Shown piece after piece: positions 38,337 through 47,472 of a stretch of 64,000 nucleotides of DNA. The translations under genes were made by a program, and so were the position numbers. The notes beneath the pieces were generated by a model that worked only from the letters and a program-made list of their open reading frames with translations, was not told where the DNA came from and did not search any database. The stretch is from an uncultured Actinomycetota bacterium (lineage in GTDB: Bacteria > Actinomycetota > Thermoleophilia > Solirubrobacterales > Solirubrobacteraceae): contig CAVRKJ010000010.1 of the NCBI GenBank assembly GCA_963721515.1, positions 606,672-670,671 of the forward strand, in the 5' to 3' direction. How positions within the stretch are numbered: the first letter of the stretch is position 1; every line of letters begins with the position of its first letter.

Positions 38337-39923
38337 TCACGGCGCCGCTTCGCCCAGCGCTATGTGCTCGCCGGGCAGATCCGGGATCGACGCACGGTGT
38401 TCCTCCAGCACGTCGGGCGACTTCTTCACCTGGACCAGGAAGTAGTACAGGGTGCCGATGATCACCACTCCGCCGACGAACAGGAAGGGCGACCACTGCC
38501 AGTACCAGTGCGGCGTGCCCACCGCGTTGTAGATCGAGTTGCGCGGCCAGGCGATGTTGAGCGTCACCAGCGCGCCGTAGATCACCGCCATGATGTTGAC
38601 GGGCAGCCCCCAGCGCCCGAGGGAGAAGTACGGACCGTGGTTCTGCCTCGGCCATGTCCCCCGTAGCCGGCGGATGAGCATCGGTACGGTGACGCCCAGG
38701 TACGCCAGATAGAACATGATGATCGCCAGCGACGTCAGCACCAGGAACGCGCTCTGGTTGCCGACGTTGATCGCCATCAGCACCAGCGCCAGCACTCCGG
38801 TCACGAGGGCCGGCACGACCGGCACCTTGCGGTGACCTGACACCCGGGCCACGGCGGACCCCGCCGGCAGCCGGTTGTCACGCGCCATCGAGAACAGCAT
38901 GCGGATCGTTGCCGTCTGGACCGCCAGGCAGCACACGAAGATCGCGATCGCGCAGTCCGCCAGGAAGAGGTTCCCCACGGTGTTGCCGAACGCCTGCTTC
39001 ATGACGTACGGAAGGCCGAGCAGTCCGACGTTCTTGTCGAGGATGTGCTTGTTGGCCATCGACGCCAGCAGGATCACGAGGCCGCCGATGAGCGCGGCCG
39101 TAGCGATCGCGCGAATGATCGCGGGCGGCGCGTTGCGCCGCGGATCGTTGGTCTCCTCCGCCAGCGTCCCCGCGGTGTCGAACCCGTACATGACGTACGC
39201 GCTGAGCAGGCCGCCGACGAGCAGCGCCCCGAAATAGCCCCAGGGATGGCCGGCGCCGAAGCCATAGGAGTGAACGATGATCTGCGGTCCGTGGTGCGCG
39301 TTGAACAGCAGCAGGATGACGAGGATGGTGGAGCCGACCAGTTCGCAGATCACGCCGACGTTGTTGATGCGCGACATCAGCTTGACGCCGAGCATGTTGA
39401 TGATCGTCGTGATGATCACGAGGATCCCGCCGAGCACCAGCGCGTTCTGGGCGCCGGCCTTGGTCAGGTAGCTCCCCGCGTCGGCGGCGCCGCCGAAGAA
39501 CTGCAGGCTATTGGTGATCTGGGGCAGCACGATCTGCCAGTCAACCGCGACGGCGGCGATCGTCACAATCGCGCCCACGATGTAGATCCAGCCCGTCATC
39601 CACGACGTGTAGCCGCTGGAGATCTGCTTGGACCACTGATAGACGGAGCCGGCGATCGGGTACTGCCCCGCCATCTCCATGAAGCACAGCGCCACCAGGA
39701 TCTGGCCGCCGACCACCACAGGCCATGTCCACCACACCCCCGGTCCGGCGTTCAGATAGCCGAACCCGTACAGCGCGGTGACGCCGGTCAGGATCGAGAT
39801 GTAGCTGAACCCCGCGGCGAACGAGGAGAAGCTTCCCAGCGACCGATCCAACTCCTGCTTGTAGCCGAACTCGGCGAGTTCGCCACTGTCGACGCCCGCT
39901 TTGGGCGCTTCAACCGTTGCCAT
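38337..39923 (-). CDS. APC-superfamily amino acid/amine permease
   Basis: 528 aa with 12-13 TM helices. The N-terminus 'YKQELDRSLGSFSSFAAGFSYISILTG' is typical of APC. SD GGGGAGG lies upstream of ATG 39923. Confidence 0.85.
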   Translation of the reverse strand: MATVEAPKAGVDSGELAEFGYKQELDRSLGSFSSFAAGFSYISILTGVTALYGFGYLNAGPGVWWTWPVVVGGQILVALCFMEMAGQYPIAGSVYQWSKQISSGYTSWMTGWIYIVGAIVTIAAVAVDWQIVLPQITNSLQFFGGAADAGSYLTKAGAQNALVLGGILVIITTIINMLGVKLMSRINNVGVICELVGSTILVILLLFNAHHGPQIIVHSYGFGAGHPWGYFGALLVGGLLSAYVMYGFDTAGTLAEETNDPRRNAPPAIIRAIATAALIGGLVILLASMANKHILDKNVGLLGLPYVMKQAFGNTVGNLFLADCAIAIFVCCLAVQTATIRMLFSMARDNRLPAGSAVARVSGHRKVPVVPALVTGVLALVLMAINVGNQSAFLVLTSLAIIMFYLAYLGVTVPMLIRRLRGTWPRQNHGPYFSLGRWGLPVNIMAVIYGALVTLNIAWPRNSIYNAVGTPHWYWQWSPFLFVGGVVIIGTLYYFLVQVKKSPDVLEEHRASIPDLPGEHIALGEAAP

Positions 39924-40018
39924 TCAATCTACCTCCCCGTCCGCGCGCGCATTCCACGCACGGCCTTGAGAACACGATCCTTGCCCGGCCCACGGCTCGG
40001 GGGCACTCTGAGAGTCCA

Positions 40019-40052
40019 TTGACCCAGTCGGAATCCGGCTGTTATATATCAG
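40019..40052 (+). promoter_or_regulatory. Candidate promoter (TTGACC -35) whose AT-rich -10 region is the palindrome CTGTTATATATCAG (40039-40052)
   Basis: TTGACC at 40019-24, then 17-18 nt to TTATAT/TATATA. CTG...CAG arms flank the AT core. The element lies in the divergent permease/ALDH intergenic region. Confidence 0.45.
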
Positions 40053-40121
40053 TTGTCGAATTGTGTCAATTGGCCCGGACGGCGCATGATTTCGCCCGGA
40101 TGGGCCGACCGGGAGCGTCCC

Positions 40122-41585
40122 ATGGCCACAGTCACCGAGTTGGACATGTTCATCGGCGGAGCGTGGCGCCCGAGCGCCACCGGCGAAACGTCATCGGCAT
40201 TGAGCCCCGCGACGGGCGAGACCATCGGCTCCGTCGCGCTCGGCGACCGCGATGACGCCCGCGCGGCGATTGCGGGCGCGCGCGCAGCGGCCGACGGCTG
40301 GGCTCGCCTGACCGCATTCGAGCGGGCCGCCAAGATGCACACGGTCGGCGACATCATCGAGACGCGCCGCGACGAGCTCGCGCGGATCCTCACGCTGGAC
40401 CAGGGCAAGCCCCTGCAGGCCGAGGCCTACGGCGAGGTGGACGAGCTGGTCGATTACTGGCGCATGGCCGCCGAGGACGCCAAGCGGCTCGGCGGCGAGC
40501 TGCCCAACTCCTTCTCCCCCGGCAAGCGCGTGATGCTGGCCCGACGCGCGCGGGGCGTGGTCGGCGTGATCAGCCCCTGGAACTGGCCCTACACGATGCC
40601 CGCCGAGCTCGTCGCGCCCGCACTGGCCTGCGGCAACGCGGTGGTGTGGACGCCGGCGCCGTCCACCTCGGTGTGCGCCGTCGAGCTGGCGCGCTGCATC
40701 GCCGACGCCGACCTGCCTCCGGGCGTGTTCAACCTCGTCACCGGGCCCGGCCCCGTCGTGGGCGACGAGATCGCACGCAACCCGGGCGTCGACGGCGTGG
40801 CCTTCATCGGCTCCACCAACACCGGCCGGCTCGTGGCCGGCGCGGCGGCGGGCAAGGCGACGCTGCTCGAGATGGGCGGCAACGGGCCCCTGGTGGTGCT
40901 CGACGACGGCGACGTGGACGCCGCCGTCCAGGCCACGCTGCTGGCGTGCTTTCTCTGCGCCGGCCAGAGCTGCACCGCCGGCGAGCGCATCCTCGTGCAT
41001 CGCGCGGTGTACGACGAGTACGTGGAGAAGCTCGCGCGCGCGGTCACCGACCAGATCGTGCTCGGCGACCCGTTCGCCGCCGAGACCACCATGGGCCCGC
41101 TCAACAACGAGCCGGTGGCGGCCAAGATGGACGAGCACGTGGCCGACGCGCTGCAGCGCGGCGCCGAGACGCTCACCGGCGGCTCGCGCGCAACCGTCTT
41201 CCCCACCGACCTCTACTGGGAGCCCACGGTGCTCGCCGGCGTCCCCGCCGACGCCCACGTGGCCACCGAGGAGACCTTCGGCCCGGTGGCCCCCGTCGTG
41301 GAGATCACCTCGCTCCAGGACGCGATCCGGCTGACCAACGAGTCCCCCTACGGGCTGCTGGCGGCGATCTACACCGCCGACCTGTCGCGGGGACTGGAGT
41401 TCGCCGACCGCGTCCGCACCGGCTGGGTCAACGTCAACGAGTCCTCCAACTACTGGGAGGCCCACCTGCCCTTCGGTGGCCGCGCCGGCACCGACAGCGG
41501 GATCGGCAAGGTCGGCGGCGACTCGGTGATGCAGACGTTCACCGAGCTGCAGACGATCGTGCTCTCGCCGCATACCGGCTCGTAG
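40122..41585 (+). CDS. NAD(P)-dependent aldehyde dehydrogenase (betaine-aldehyde role only by context)
   Basis: ATG 40122 ('MATVTELDMFIGGAWR'). Catalytic Glu context 'LEMGGNGP', catalytic Cys context 'FLCAGQSCTAGER', and 'EETFGPVAPV'. Confidence 0.9.
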   Translation: MATVTELDMFIGGAWRPSATGETSSALSPATGETIGSVALGDRDDARAAIAGARAAADGWARLTAFERAAKMHTVGDIIETRRDELARILTLDQGKPLQAEAYGEVDELVDYWRMAAEDAKRLGGELPNSFSPGKRVMLARRARGVVGVISPWNWPYTMPAELVAPALACGNAVVWTPAPSTSVCAVELARCIADADLPPGVFNLVTGPGPVVGDEIARNPGVDGVAFIGSTNTGRLVAGAAAGKATLLEMGGNGPLVVLDDGDVDAAVQATLLACFLCAGQSCTAGERILVHRAVYDEYVEKLARAVTDQIVLGDPFAAETTMGPLNNEPVAAKMDEHVADALQRGAETLTGGSRATVFPTDLYWEPTVLAGVPADAHVATEETFGPVAPVVEITSLQDAIRLTNESPYGLLAAIYTADLSRGLEFADRVRTGWVNVNESSNYWEAHLPFGGRAGTDSGIGKVGGDSVMQTFTELQTIVLSPHTGS

Positions 41586-41610
41586 TCCGTCGAGGTGGCC
41601 GGGCCGCGGC

Positions 41611-41730
41611 CACTGAAACCACGCGCCACACGCCGCCCGCCGCGCCGATGCGTGGCGCGAGACTGCGGGCCGCTGAAACCTCACGCCACGCGGCTGGTCT
41701 GGCGGCCGTGCGTGGCGTGTGGCTTCAATC
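41611..41730. repeat. Two tandem ~60-nt units, each CTGAAACC followed by a GC-rich hairpin
   Basis: CTGAAACC at 41613-20 and 41673-80. Hairpin 1 is CGCGCCAC (41622-29) with GTGGCGCG (41652-59). Hairpin 2 is CACGCCACGC (41682-91) with GCGTGGCGTG (41710-19). Confidence 0.7.
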
Positions 41731-42034
41731 TCACTCCCCAGAGGCGCCTCTCGAGCGGCGGCGGGATCCTCGCCGCTGGCGAAACCGCACGCGCACGCGG
41801 CGTCGAGCGGCAGCGGGGCGCCCACCGCCAACATGGCGATGAAAAGTGCGCGCACGATCAGCCGGGCAGCGGCGCCGTGTGCAGTTCCGCCGGTCCCGCC
41901 GGTCCCTGGCCCCACAGATCGGACAGCCAGGCCCGCACCCAGCCTTCCAGGCCCACACCCAACCCCTTCCCAAGCCTGTCGTACACGCTCCGGGCCCCGC
42001 CGCACGCTCCGGCGGAGCCCGGGAGACGCTCGTT

Positions 42035-43780
42035 CTACACGTCCGCGGTCGGCGCCGCCTCGGGGGTCTCCGCAGCCGCTGTCGCCTCGCCGTCAGACGC
42101 CGACCCGGCGGCCCGCCCATCCGTCGCCGCCGTCCCGTCCTTGCGCACGTGACGGTAGAACGGCTCGTTGATGGCCGCCAGCGGCGTGTTGCCCATGATG
42201 AGGTCGGCGCTCTTCTCCGCGAGCATCATCGTGGGGGCGTAGATGTTGCCGTTGGTGACGTAGCGCATGGACGAGGCATCGATCACGCGGAGCCCCTCGA
42301 CGCCGTGGACCCGCATCGAGAGCGGATCGATCACCGAGTCCTCGCCGGTGCCCAGGCGGCAGGTGCACGAGGGGTGCAGCGCCGTCTCGGAGTCCTTGGC
42401 CACCCAGTCGAGGATCTCCTGGTCGGTCTCCACCGACGGGCCCGGCGAGAGCTCGCCGCCGTTGTAGGGTTCAAAGGCCGGCTCGTTGAGAATCGTTCGG
42501 GAGATGCGCACCGCCTCGATCCACTCGCGCCGGTCGGTCTTGGTCGACAGGTAGTTGAACTGGATCGCCGGGTGCTCGCGCGGATCGGTGGACTTGATTT
42601 TGATCGTGCCCCGGGCGTCGGAGTACATCGGGCCGACGTGGACCTGGTAACCGTGGCCCTGGGGTGCGGTCCCGTCATAGCGGATCGCCACCGGCAGGAA
42701 GTGGTACATGAGGTTCGGGTAGGCCACGTCCTCATTGGAGCGGATGAAGCCGCCGCCCTCGAAGTGGTTGGTCGCGCCCGGCCCGCGGCGGCCCAGCAGC
42801 CACGCAGTCCCCACCCACGGCCGGTTGCGCCACTTCAGCGCCGGCGCCACGCTGACCGGCTGCTTGGAGGAGTACTGGATGTAGACCTCGAGGTGGTCCT
42901 GGAGGTTCTCGCCCACGGCGGGCACGTCCTCCACCACGTCGACGCCGAGCGCCTGCAGCTCGGAGCCCCGGCCCACGCCGGAGAGCTGGAGCAGCTGGGG
43001 CGAGTTGATCGCGCCACCGCACAGCAGCACCTCGCCGGCCTCGATCGTCTCCGTGCGGCGGTTGTGCACGACGTCGCAGCCGACGGCGCGCTTGCCCTGG
43101 AAGTTGATCTTGGACACGAACGCGCGGGTACGGACCTCCAGGTTGGGCCGGTCCTCGACCGGATGCAGGTAGGCCCGGGCCGCGCTGAGCCGGTGGCCGC
43201 GGTAGATGTTCCGGTCAAAGGCGGCAAAGCCCTCCTGCTTGTAGCCGTTGACGTCGTCCGTGAGTGGATATCCGGCCTCCTGGACGGCGGCGAAGAACGC
43301 CGTGAACAGGGGGTTGACGGCGGGGCCGCGCTCCATCTTCAACGGCCCGTCGTGGCCGCGGAACGGATTGTCGGCCGGCGCGTTGATCGCGTTCTCCATC
43401 CGCTTGAAGTACGGCAGGCAGTGGGCGTAGTCCCAGGTCTCCATCCCCGGGTCCGCCGCCCAGCGCTCGTAGTCCAGCGGGTTGCCGCGCTGGAAGATCA
43501 TCCCGTTGATCGAACTCGAGCCGCCCAGCACCTTGCCGCGGGCGTGGTACACGCGACGCCCGTCCATGAAGGGCTCGGGCTCGGACTCGTAGCGCCAGTC
43601 GTAGAAACGGTTGCCGATCGGGAACGACAGCGCAGCCGGCATGTGGATGTAGACGTCCCACAGCGAGTCGTTGCGGCCCGCCTCCAGCACCAGCACGCGG
43701 GTGCCGGGGTCCGCGCTCAGCCGATTGGCCAGACAGCAGCCGGCCGATCCGCCTCCGATGATCACGTAGTCGTAGCGCAC
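42035..43780 (-). CDS. betA: GMC-family oxidoreductase, choline dehydrogenase-like
   Basis: '[20 protein letters not shown]' FAD motif and GMC signature '[18 protein letters not shown]'. At 581 aa it carries a ~25-aa Ala/Thr/Glu-rich C-terminal tail. Confidence 0.85.
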   Translation of the reverse strand: MRYDYVIIGGGSAGCCLANRLSADPGTRVLVLEAGRNDSLWDVYIHMPAALSFPIGNRFYDWRYESEPEPFMDGRRVYHARGKVLGGSSSINGMIFQRGNPLDYERWAADPGMETWDYAHCLPYFKRMENAINAPADNPFRGHDGPLKMERGPAVNPLFTAFFAAVQEAGYPLTDDVNGYKQEGFAAFDRNIYRGHRLSAARAYLHPVEDRPNLEVRTRAFVSKINFQGKRAVGCDVVHNRRTETIEAGEVLLCGGAINSPQLLQLSGVGRGSELQALGVDVVEDVPAVGENLQDHLEVYIQYSSKQPVSVAPALKWRNRPWVGTAWLLGRRGPGATNHFEGGGFIRSNEDVAYPNLMYHFLPVAIRYDGTAPQGHGYQVHVGPMYSDARGTIKIKSTDPREHPAIQFNYLSTKTDRREWIEAVRISRTILNEPAFEPYNGGELSPGPSVETDQEILDWVAKDSETALHPSCTCRLGTGEDSVIDPLSMRVHGVEGLRVIDASSMRYVTNGNIYAPTMMLAEKSADLIMGNTPLAAINEPFYRHVRKDGTAATDGRAAGSASDGEATAAAETPEAAPTADV

Positions 43781-43798
43781 GTCAGGTCCCTCCCTCTC

Positions 43799-44461
43799 TC
43801 AGAGAACGGCGCGGATCTCGCGCTCGAACGTCTCGATGTGCTCGGTGATGATCGCTCGCGCGCGCTCGGGATCGCCGTCGGCGATCGCCCGGAGCAGGTC
43901 CTCGTGCTCGTGGACGCGCGTGAGCAGGTGCGGCAGCCGGTCGAGCACCAGGTACCAGATCCGCAGCGACAGATTGAAGTAGCGGCCCAGCGACTCCTCC
44001 AGGTACGGGTTGCCGGCCGCCCGGTGCACAAAGCGATGGACGCGGGTGTCCAGCGCCATCAGCGCCCGGGTGTCATCGCTGCCACGGCTGCCGTCGAGCT
44101 CGGCCAGCAGGTCGTCCAGCTCGGCGCGCAGCGTGGGGGTGATGCGCTGGGCGGCGCGATAGGCGGCATGGCCCTCCAGCTGCATGCGCACGTCGGAGAT
44201 GTCGGCCAGGTCGGTGATGTTGATGTCCGAGGCGAACGTGCCGCGCCGGGGGAACACCGTGACGAGGTTCTCCAGCGCAAGCCGCTTGATCGCCTCCCGG
44301 ACCGGCGTGCGCCCGATGCCCAGCTCGCCCCCCAGCACGTCCTCGTCGATCGGCGCGCCGGGGGCGATGCGCAGGGTCACGATCCGGTCGCGCAGGTCGG
44401 CATACGCGCGATCGGCGAGCAGCTCGCGCGCAATCCGGGGCTGGGTCGTCTCCGTGCTCAC
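43799..44461 (-). CDS. GntR-family transcriptional regulator (FadR/FCD subfamily)
   Basis: wHTH 'LGGELGIGRTPVREAIKRLALENLV' plus an all-helical FCD domain. GTG 44461 was chosen because the 50 upstream ORF codons have atypical AT-ending codons and include the AT-rich palindrome. Confidence 0.8.
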   Translation of the reverse strand: MSTETTQPRIARELLADRAYADLRDRIVTLRIAPGAPIDEDVLGGELGIGRTPVREAIKRLALENLVTVFPRRGTFASDINITDLADISDVRMQLEGHAAYRAAQRITPTLRAELDDLLAELDGSRGSDDTRALMALDTRVHRFVHRAAGNPYLEESLGRYFNLSLRIWYLVLDRLPHLLTRVHEHEDLLRAIADGDPERARAIITEHIETFEREIRAVL

Positions 44462-44525
44462 GATCAGCCCCGCGGTGAGCGACGCCGCATCCCGGGCGCA
44501 TTCAGGTTGCTCACAGCGGTGACGA

Positions 44526-44537
44526 CTGATATATGAG
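44526..44537. promoter_or_regulatory. AT-rich near-palindrome CTGATATATGAG (extended GACTGATATATGAGTC) between the GntR and dehydratase genes
   Basis: 14 of 16 positions are self-complementary. It is closely related to the sites at 40039-40052 and 61285-61296. Confidence 0.5.
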
Positions 44538-44595
44538 TCATCGGTTACGAGTCTAACATTTGCCGAATGCCGCGCCAAGCCCCTCGCCACGCCCA

Positions 44596-45858
44596 ATGAG
44601 CGCCTCAGCACCGGCCTCGGCCGCCGACGAGGTGGCCGCCCGGATCGCCGCCGGTGAGTCCGCGACCGCCGCCGCGGTCGTGTCCACCCTCGCCCGTCAC
44701 ACGCCCGTGCTCAGCTCGCGCAGCCTGTCGGAGCGCTGTGGCGGCCGCCTGCTGCTGAAGGCCGAGAACCTCCAGCGGACCGGGTCGTTCAAGCTCCGCG
44801 GCGCCGTCCACAAGATCTCGCGCCTCACGGACGCGACGGGGGTCGTAGCGGGCAGCGCCGGCAATCACGGCCAGTCGCTCGCCTACGCCGCGCGCGCCAA
44901 GGGGATCCCGTGCGAGGTGTTCATGCCGCGCGAGGCCCCGGTGGCCAAGGTGGCCGCCGTGGAGGCGTTCGGCGGGATCGTGCACCTGCAGGGCGACTCG
45001 GTGGACGAGTGCGTGGCCGCCGCACGCGCTCGCGCCAAGGAGACGGGGGCCGGGTTCGTGCACCCCTTCGACGACCCCGACGTCATCCTCGGCCAATCCA
45101 CGCTCGGCCTCGAGTTGCTGCAGGACGTCCCCGATCTGGCGCAGGTGGTCGTCCCCGTCGGCGGCGGCGGGCTCATCTCCGGGATCGCCGGCGTCGTCAA
45201 GGCGCGGCCGGGCGGAGACCGCGTCCGCGTCGTGGGCGTGCAGGTCGACGCCTGCGCTCCGTTCCCCGAGTCGCTGCGCGGCAATGCTCCGGTCACCTTC
45301 AGCGCCCGGGCCACGATCGCCGACGGCATCGCGATCAAGCGCCCCGGCGACATCACCCTTCCGCTCGTCCGACGCTGGGTGGATGACATGGTGGTGGTGT
45401 CCGAGGAGGAGATCGCCGACGCCATGGTGTGGCTGCTCGAGCGCTCCAAGCTGGTCGTCGAGGGCGGCGGCGCGGCCGGCGTGGCGGCGCTCCTGGCCGG
45501 TCGCGTGGCCGGCGGGACCCCATCGGGCGGCGCCACCGTGATCGTGCTGTCGGGCGGCAACGTCGACGCCGGGTTGCTGGCGGCGGTGGCCCAGCGCAAC
45601 GAGACGCTCATGGGCCGCCGCATCCGCCTGTTCACGCGGATCTCGGACCGTCCCGGCGGGCTGGCCGCGCTCCTCACGCTGATCGCGGAGGCCGGCGGCA
45701 ACGTCGTGCACGCCGACCACGTGCGCGAGGCGGTGCCCCTGCACGTGCGTGAGACCGGCGTGGAGATCGCGCTCGAGACACGGGGCCCCAAGCACAGCGA
45801 CGAGATCGTCGCCGCGATCGAGGCCGCCGGCTACGAGGTCCACCGGCTCGAGGGGTGA
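44596..45858 (+). CDS. PLP-dependent threonine/serine ammonia-lyase with C-terminal ACT-like domain
   Basis: 'LLLKAENLQRTGSFKLRGA' contains the PLP Lys, and 'GGGGLISG' is the glycine loop. The C-terminus 'RIRLFTRISDRPGGLAALLTLIAEAGGNV' is ACT-like. The start is ATG 44596 or TTG 44560. Confidence 0.85.
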   Translation: MSASAPASAADEVAARIAAGESATAAAVVSTLARHTPVLSSRSLSERCGGRLLLKAENLQRTGSFKLRGAVHKISRLTDATGVVAGSAGNHGQSLAYAARAKGIPCEVFMPREAPVAKVAAVEAFGGIVHLQGDSVDECVAAARARAKETGAGFVHPFDDPDVILGQSTLGLELLQDVPDLAQVVVPVGGGGLISGIAGVVKARPGGDRVRVVGVQVDACAPFPESLRGNAPVTFSARATIADGIAIKRPGDITLPLVRRWVDDMVVVSEEEIADAMVWLLERSKLVVEGGGAAGVAALLAGRVAGGTPSGGATVIVLSGGNVDAGLLAAVAQRNETLMGRRIRLFTRISDRPGGLAALLTLIAEAGGNVVHADHVREAVPLHVRETGVEIALETRGPKHSDEIVAAIEAAGYEVHRLEG

Positions 45859-45896
45859 CACGCCGAGCGGCGGCCGGTAGAGTCGGCGCCCGGATC

Positions 45897-46502
<606 letters not shown>

Positions 46503-47222
46503 CCTGGCAGCTCGCGCGCGTGGTCGAGGTGGCGCCCGAGACCGACCAGACCAAGACGCTCGTGCTCGAAGCGCCCGACTGGGCCGGTCACCGCGCCGGC
46601 CAGCATGTCGACGTCCGCCTCACCGCCGAGGACGGTTACCAGACGCAGCGCAGCTACTCGATCGCCTCAGGGCCCGAGGACGAGCACCTGATGCTGACGG
46701 TCGAGGAGATCGATGACGGCGAGGTGTCGCCCTACCTGACCGAGGTGCTGCGCGCAGGCGATGAGCTGGAGCTGCGCGGGCCGATCGGCGGCTGGTTCGT
46801 CTGGGACGGCACCGAGGGCGGGCCGCTGCTGCTCTTCGGCGGGGGTTCCGGGGTCGTGCCCTTGCGGGCGATGCTGCGCCATCGCGCCGCCACCTCCAAC
46901 CCCACCCCGGCGCGCCTCGTGTACTCGGCCCGGTCGCTGGACGACATCATCTACCGCCAGGAGTTGCAGGATTCCGGCGGCGGGGCCGAGGTCCGCTTTG
47001 CGCTCACGCGCTCGTGGCCCGACGACTGGACCGGGCATCGCGGCCGCGTCGACGACGCGCTGCTGGACGCGGTCACCTGGGCCCCGACGGAGATGCCGGC
47101 GATCTACATCTGCGGCCCGAACGGCTTCGTCGAGGCGATCAGCCGGCAGATGGTCGCGCGCGGGCACTCCCCCGCACGCGTCAAGACCGAGCGATTCGGA
47201 CCCACGAGCTGATAGGAGCGCC

Positions 47223-47468
47223 ATGGAGGACTTCACCGTCGACGGCAATGCGCTGGCAGGCGCGCTCGAGCAGGCCATGGGCCGGGACATGACGACCGAG
47301 CGCGGGACCTGCGGGCACTGCGGCAGTCCGTCCATGGTCGCCGAGCTGGTCGTCTATCCCAAGGCGCCCAGCCCAGTGGCACGGTGCCCGCACTGCGGAG
47401 ACGTGGTGCTGGTCGTCACCGAAATCCGCGAGACCGCGGCGGCGCACTTCAGCGGGTACGAGCTGTAG
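47223..47468 (+). CDS. Small Zn-ribbon protein (DUF6510-like)
   Basis: 81 aa. The 'CGHCG...CPHCG' pair is present. It starts 11 nt after the reductase stop. The family name is from memory and was not verified. Confidence 0.6.
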   Translation: MEDFTVDGNALAGALEQAMGRDMTTERGTCGHCGSPSMVAELVVYPKAPSPVARCPHCGDVVLVVTEIRETAAAHFSGYEL

Positions 47469-47472
47469 CGCG

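Noticed and set aside
41611-41730. A CRISPR-like array, because the repeats end in ...CTGAAAC and recur at a ~60-nt period.
   Set aside because: There are only two units. The 'spacers' are themselves homologous and form hairpins, the repeat portions are poorly conserved, and no cas genes are in the window. It is better described as a tandem hairpin element.
41715-41745. A tRNA-like T-loop ('GGCTTCAATCTC').
   Set aside because: The flanking bases do not form a T-stem, and no acceptor, D or anticodon arms can be drawn. No tRNA is called.
40191-42005. Very long ORFs antisense or out of frame to the called genes. Examples: 216..1070-, 1528..2793-, 5369..6742-, 6552..8024-, 36331..38445+, 40191..42005-, 41846..44536+, 52075..54219-, 54821..57019+, 19076..20164+.
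   Set aside because: They are typical high-GC stop-codon-poor shadows. Their translations are Arg/Pro/Gly/Ala-rich with no motifs, and each lies opposite a gene with clear family signatures.
41595-42171. ORFs within the ALDH/betA gap (41595..42152+, 41719..42171+, 41731..42120-) as protein genes.
   Set aside because: Their products are Pro/Arg/Ser-rich and low-complexity. They lack the strong third-position GC bias of neighbouring genes, have no start context, and overlap the betA 3' end.
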